Shown here: piece by piece, positions 59,582 to 64,000 of the stretch
Layout: each line of letters opens with the position of its first letter
Numbering within the stretch: position 1 is the first letter of the stretch
Assembly: GCA_031426555.1 (NCBI GenBank)
Contig: JANPLN010000024.1
Span: forward strand, 1 to 64,000
Reading direction: 5' to 3'
Source: Bdellovibrionales bacterium
GTDB taxonomy: Bacteria; Bdellovibrionota; Bdellovibrionia; Bdellovibrionales; JAGQZY01
Length of the DNA stretch: 64,000 nucleotides
Notes under the pieces: model-generated
What the model was told of the DNA's origin: nothing
Database searches by the model: none
Seen by the model: the letters and a program-made list of their open reading frames with translations, nothing else
Position numbers and translations under genes: made by a program

Positions 59582-60547
59582 TCACCCCAGTTTTTTATCG
59601 TCTTCCACGTACTTCATTTCGATAATCTCGTCGTTGGCATTTAGAAAGGACGGCGGATGCACGGCATGCACTGCCACTGACGGTTCAGTTGGACGCACGT
59701 CGAGCGGCGAATCTGCTGGCAGTTGGTCCGGCGGCTGAGCGGCGGCGGCTGCAGAAATTGCTGGTTCGCCGACGGCAGCGGGTTCGGCTGCCAGAGCCTG
59801 CGCGGTCATAGGAACTGGAGCCGGCGATGCTTCTTGCTTTGGTGGATTTAACTTTGCGCGACGACGAGCTACCATGGCCTCACTTGTGGCGATGACTAAA
59901 CAAATCGCCAAAGGATCAAATACGCTGACAAAAACTAAAATTAAATAGGTCACAACTGTATCGATGTCTTTGTTCAAAGCACGAGCGATGTAAACCAGAG
60001 GTCCAATTTTCTTTTTGATCTCGTGCAACTGAAGATTGGCGGTCCCAATTTTTCGGTCCAACGCTTCGGATTCTTTCGTCAGCGCAGAAATGCGCGGCTC
60101 AGCCTCAGTTCGGGCCTTTATCTTCTTACTCACCCGACTATCAGGGATTTCATCAATCGCTTTATTTAGGCGTAGGATTTCTGCCTCGTTTAACTTTTGT
60201 TGGGAGCGCAAATTGGCGATTTTAATATTTACTTCTTCGATTTCGTGCGAGGAGCTTTGATAAGCATCCGATAAAAAGCCAAAAATTCCCATGCTGGTAA
60301 TTAAACTGAGAACAACCACAGCAAACACTAAGTAAGATTTAAATACTAGATTTAAATCACTCCAGCGTTGATGAAGATAGGCCGCCAGTACAAACTTTGA
60401 AAACTCCAAGGAACCCGCCATGGCCCAAACAGCAACCATGGCCCCCGAGAACAAAGCTCCCAGACCCACAACAGAAAAGGCCGCACCCAAAACCGAGACG
60501 CATGCCGCAGATAAGATAAGACCAACGATAACCCATATAGCAACCAT
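59582..60547 (-). CDS. Membrane protein with coiled-coil domain and Pro/Ala-rich tail
   Basis: 3 TMs, coiled coil, GPLVYIA, a fourth TM with VFDPLAI. Confidence 0.75.
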   Translation of the reverse strand: MVAIWVIVGLILSAACVSVLGAAFSVVGLGALFSGAMVAVWAMAGSLEFSKFVLAAYLHQRWSDLNLVFKSYLVFAVVVLSLITSMGIFGFLSDAYQSSSHEIEEVNIKIANLRSQQKLNEAEILRLNKAIDEIPDSRVSKKIKARTEAEPRISALTKESEALDRKIGTANLQLHEIKKKIGPLVYIARALNKDIDTVVTYLILVFVSVFDPLAICLVIATSEAMVARRRAKLNPPKQEASPAPVPMTAQALAAEPAAVGEPAISAAAAAQPPDQLPADSPLDVRPTEPSVAVHAVHPPSFLNANDEIIEMKYVEDDKKLG

Positions 60548-60612
60548 GATAAATACTTCGGTTTTTGCGCTAAAAAAAATGAGTCCTAAGCGTTAGACCA
60601 ACGTCGTGTTTT

Positions 60613-61464
60613 CTAAAGCTTAAGCTGTTGCGAAAATGAAATTCTAGGCATGGCCACCCAGCCTTCGGTGGCCGGAAAGTTTTTGGGCTGTTTTTCGCAA
60701 AGACTTTTAAAATGCAAAAATCCCGTGAAGGCCGACATCACGGCCTCAAAAACATACACGTCTTTTGTCATGTGTTTTACGTCTTGTGAGTAAATAAACA
60801 GCCACTCCGCATCCACAAATTTATCAAGAATGGTTTGGCGATGGTGTGCTCCCTCTACCGAGTTTTTATAAAATAACAGAGGTGTTTTTGAGATCTTTAA
60901 TTCGCGGCCAATTCTCCAAGTATTGATTCTTGGAACAACTTCTAAAAGTTGATAGCTTTTTAGACGCTTTTTTAAAAAAAAAGTGCGCGCCCAAAGCGGA
61001 GCGCGATTGCTCCCCAGCGCATGGTCCACAGGAAAACTTTGTTCAAGTTGCGTGGACAGATAAGGCTCCACACAGCGTTCCGTGTACGGCGTAAATATTT
61101 TATTAGGATTTTTTTCGTGATCCATGGCTTTATGAAACTGCCACATCCACTGAATTTCCTTTTCTTTGCAAGCTTCTGCTCCTGGGCAAACAAGCCGACA
61201 ACGAATACACTTTGGCATGGTGAGCGGCGCATCCATGCTGATCGATTGGACGTCCTCTTTATTATTTTTAATGAGATCTATCAAAACTGTATCTGCCGTG
61301 AGGCCATTCATTTCCCCCAAGTCGCGAAACAGATTGGATAAAAAAACTTTTTTTTCTGACGGAAAATAATCCACAATGGCAACGTGAGTTCGCGGCGTCT
61401 TACCGCCAGATAAAGAAATCCCCATAAATCTGTGCTTTTTAAAAACCTTGGAAGGTGTTGTCAT
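60613..61464 (-). CDS. DUF429-like (RNase H-fold) predicted nuclease
   Basis: FMGISLSGGK, ISMDAPLTMP, YTERCVE, LLEVVP. Confidence 0.65.
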   Translation of the reverse strand: MTTPSKVFKKHRFMGISLSGGKTPRTHVAIVDYFPSEKKVFLSNLFRDLGEMNGLTADTVLIDLIKNNKEDVQSISMDAPLTMPKCIRCRLVCPGAEACKEKEIQWMWQFHKAMDHEKNPNKIFTPYTERCVEPYLSTQLEQSFPVDHALGSNRAPLWARTFFLKKRLKSYQLLEVVPRINTWRIGRELKISKTPLLFYKNSVEGAHHRQTILDKFVDAEWLFIYSQDVKHMTKDVYVFEAVMSAFTGFLHFKSLCEKQPKNFPATEGWVAMPRISFSQQLKL

Positions 61465-62435
61465 AAAATTTGCACATCCAAAATGCGAAAACCGTTTTTT
61501 TCCACGACCTGTCGCAGCTGGTCTTGGGTTCCCGATTTCAACCAAAGCCCCACACAGCCGCCGCCGCCAGCACCGCAAATTTTAAATCCTTCTGCGCCGT
61601 TCCGGTCAGCTAAAGTTTTAAGTTTTAAAATTTCGGGCGATACAAAGCTATCGGCCAAAAGCAAACGAGCTTCGAACTCTTTGGTAAATAACTGCGGGAT
61701 TTGCTGCCAATTCCCAGCAAGACATGCCGCTCGCATATCGAAGGCTGTTTGCTGAAGACTTTCCAGCGCTTTGTTAGTTTCTAAGTCCCCATCAATATAT
61801 TTTTTTAACACCTGCCAGTTGTTAATTCCGGAGTGATGGGTTTTTCCGGTGTACACAATCATGAGTTTATCGGCCATCACCTGACGATGACTTTGCAGGG
61901 TTTGCAGTCGAATTCCCGAAAAATCAAAATCGATAATATTTAGTCCTTGAGATGCCGCCCCGTAATAGTCCTGAGTGCCGGTGGGTGTTTTTAAAATAAA
62001 GGCTTCGATATTGGAACAGGCACGCACCATCTGATGAATATCATCTTTATCTCCCAGCCATTGCGCAAAGGCTTTATAGACGGACACCGAAAGGCTCGAA
62101 CTGCCACCAAGACCACCGCCCATGGGACTTTCGGAGCGTGTGGTGATACGGAATCCCGAGGACGGCATCCACTTGCGAACGTGAGCTTGATAAAAAAGCA
62201 GATCTTTATCTGTGGACGCAAGTAAGGATGTTAGATCGTCAAACGACCACGTTTTTTTAAAATCGTCTGACACGATTTCAATTTTTGCCGAAGTCAGAGG
62301 TTTAATCTCGCATTCAGTATACAAACTGATCGAAACATTGACCGTGCAGGCCTTGCCGAGCAGGGCCCAAACGGGCCACAAGTCCAGAGTTCCGCCAGCT
62401 AAGTCAAAGCGCATGGGAGATTTTACTTTATACAT
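61461..62435 (-). CDS. GHMP-family sugar-phosphate kinase (HddA-like)
   Basis: PMRFDLAGGTLD, PMGGGLGGSS, GTQD, KICGAGGGG. Confidence 0.88.
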   Translation of the reverse strand: MYKVKSPMRFDLAGGTLDLWPVWALLGKACTVNVSISLYTECEIKPLTSAKIEIVSDDFKKTWSFDDLTSLLASTDKDLLFYQAHVRKWMPSSGFRITTRSESPMGGGLGGSSSLSVSVYKAFAQWLGDKDDIHQMVRACSNIEAFILKTPTGTQDYYGAASQGLNIIDFDFSGIRLQTLQSHRQVMADKLMIVYTGKTHHSGINNWQVLKKYIDGDLETNKALESLQQTAFDMRAACLAGNWQQIPQLFTKEFEARLLLADSFVSPEILKLKTLADRNGAEGFKICGAGGGGCVGLWLKSGTQDQLRQVVEKNGFRILDVQIL

Positions 62436-62443
62436 ATCAACTC

Positions 62444-63949
62444 CTAAAGCCAACGGCGGCGCAACCACCAAAAGTTTGCCATAAATAAAAAACATAAGGG
62501 CAGTGGTATTGCAAAAAGTCCCACATACAATTTAAAGTTGGTGTCAGTGACAAGAAAGTCTTTTTTTACTTTGGTAGAATCCATGGGTTTTACCACGTCT
62601 TCATCGCGCGTCAGGTAGCCAAAAACATGGAACATAAAAAGCGGGTTTTGCTGTTGATATAAAAACTGATTAGCAAAAATATCAGAATCCGCACTCACCA
62701 CCATGGCACCTTTTTTAGTATTCTCCACCGCCATCACCAGGCGGTAAGAACCTCTGCCAATTTCTGGGTCTTGCTTGGTAAATCCTTTGCGTAAAATTGA
62801 CTCCTGGGTACTGACGATGACTGGAGACAATTTAAAATCGTGGGGCATGATTTCGGTAAGCGATCCAGTTACATAAAACATCACGGGCGAATCCTGCCCC
62901 ATGGTTTTTGTGATTGCGTGCGGCGCATCCGGTGGAGCCCAACCCGAAACCACAAAGGATCCCACATTAGCAATCGCATTTTGCTCTTGATGAACCACAC
63001 CTGCACTCATTTTTAAACCGTACTTAGCAAGCATCTCGGTCTCGTCAGCGTTTTGCACAGGATCAAACGCCACTAACAGACGTCCCCCTCCCTCGAAGTA
63101 GTTCCACACTTTTTGTTTAAAGGTTTCACTGAGGTTTTTTTCGGGAGCCAAAATCACTAAGGCCGCAGCGTTATCCGGTAAAACTTCTTTGTCCAAATTA
63201 ATTTCCTGCAACTCGTAAAACAGTCGTTCCAGTTCTTTTTTTAAGTCCGATACACCGCGCGGATTGGTGTTATCAAAGGTCAGTTCTCCATGACCCACCG
63301 TAAAATAAACAGTCTTTCGCCCTTTTAATAGCCGAAGCAGCGCCTGGGTCACACTGTTCTCGTCGGCCTTGTAAAAACGTTCGGCGCGATCTTTGTAAGT
63401 AACGAACATGGCCTGCTCTTGGGCGTTAAGGCGGTATTTTTTAGCGAGCTCTGGGTGTTCCATAATGTTAATTTTGGTAAGCTTCATCTGCGGGTTTTCG
63501 TCGACATACTTTTGCAGAGCCAAGCGAATGGTTTCATCGGCTCCTCGGCTGTTTTCGTCGGGCATTTGAAAATACAAAAACTCGACGGGATCTTTAAAAG
63601 ATTTAGCCACATCGCGACTGCGCGGGCTCAGCGTATGTGTTTGATCGGCAGTAAAATCGATCTTCCCCGGCAAATACGAAACGCCGTAATTCAAAACAAA
63701 TAGACCAGCAAATAAAATTAAAAGAATAAGACCCACGCTCATCCCACGCCGGGCCGTTTTGGCTGAAAGCAAATGCCAAAAATACTTTCGATCCAAAATA
63801 AGTCCGAAAACTAAAAACACACTTCCTGCGATTAAAAAAAATAACCCGGGCTCATCCCATTCGGAAAATAACGATCTTGCAAAAAGGGCGACGACTAAAA
63901 AAAGAGCGCTCAAAACGAAAGAAATACGACTCAATATTTTTACTCCCAT
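62444..63949 (-). CDS. GldG-like ABC transporter auxiliary component
   Basis: DFTADQTHTLS, VYFTVGHGE, YFEGGGRLLV, DSDIFAN, C-terminal TM + WWLRRR. Confidence 0.85.
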   Translation of the reverse strand: MGVKILSRISFVLSALFLVVALFARSLFSEWDEPGLFFLIAGSVFLVFGLILDRKYFWHLLSAKTARRGMSVGLILLILFAGLFVLNYGVSYLPGKIDFTADQTHTLSPRSRDVAKSFKDPVEFLYFQMPDENSRGADETIRLALQKYVDENPQMKLTKINIMEHPELAKKYRLNAQEQAMFVTYKDRAERFYKADENSVTQALLRLLKGRKTVYFTVGHGELTFDNTNPRGVSDLKKELERLFYELQEINLDKEVLPDNAAALVILAPEKNLSETFKQKVWNYFEGGGRLLVAFDPVQNADETEMLAKYGLKMSAGVVHQEQNAIANVGSFVVSGWAPPDAPHAITKTMGQDSPVMFYVTGSLTEIMPHDFKLSPVIVSTQESILRKGFTKQDPEIGRGSYRLVMAVENTKKGAMVVSADSDIFANQFLYQQQNPLFMFHVFGYLTRDEDVVKPMDSTKVKKDFLVTDTNFKLYVGLFAIPLPLCFLFMANFWWLRRRWL

Positions 63950-63999
63950 CGAGCCGCCTCCATAAGCCGTTCGGTGGTCACCAAGAAAAATGCTGTCAA
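63940..63999 (-). CDS. C-terminal fragment of a probable GldF-like ABC permease (truncated by window edge)
   Basis: Manual translation LTAFFLVTTERLMEAARWE*, overlapping the GldG-like start. Confidence 0.55.
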   Translation of the reverse strand: MTAFFLVTTERLMEAARWE

Positions 64000-64000
64000 A

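Overview
This is bacterial chromosomal DNA. The gene repertoire suggests a Bdellovibrionota-like (predatory delta-proteobacterial) organism, but that placement is an inference. The window is densely coding and mostly housekeeping or envelope genes: the end of efp, a TamB + Omp85 pair, nrdR-nusB-ppsR, an RsmB-type methyltransferase, LysR with an S8 protease, fliL, rpsA-HIT-mce-rhomboid, tmk-holB-tatD-gap-pgk-tpiA-ilvA-cmk, secG, feoAB, a desaturase, GldG/GHMP/DUF429, and a spore-photoproduct-lyase-like radical SAM gene. Accessory content comprises a stand-alone HNH nuclease, an orphan terminase-small-subunit-like ORF, and an unusual CheY-less chemosensory operon (CheR-REC-pseudoCheB and pseudoCheD-REC-CheB fusions) divergent from an ankyrin + TonB-dependent receptor pair. 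The most striking non-coding signal is a family of three long fold-back elements (8061-8242, 38343-38470, 38740-38915). They share a structured GC-rich core with a compensatory base-pair change, yet their near-perfect 36-66 bp inverted arms differ between copies except for the core-proximal bases. No rRNA, tRNA, CRISPR array or transposase was found. Product calls come from motif recognition by eye, not database searches.
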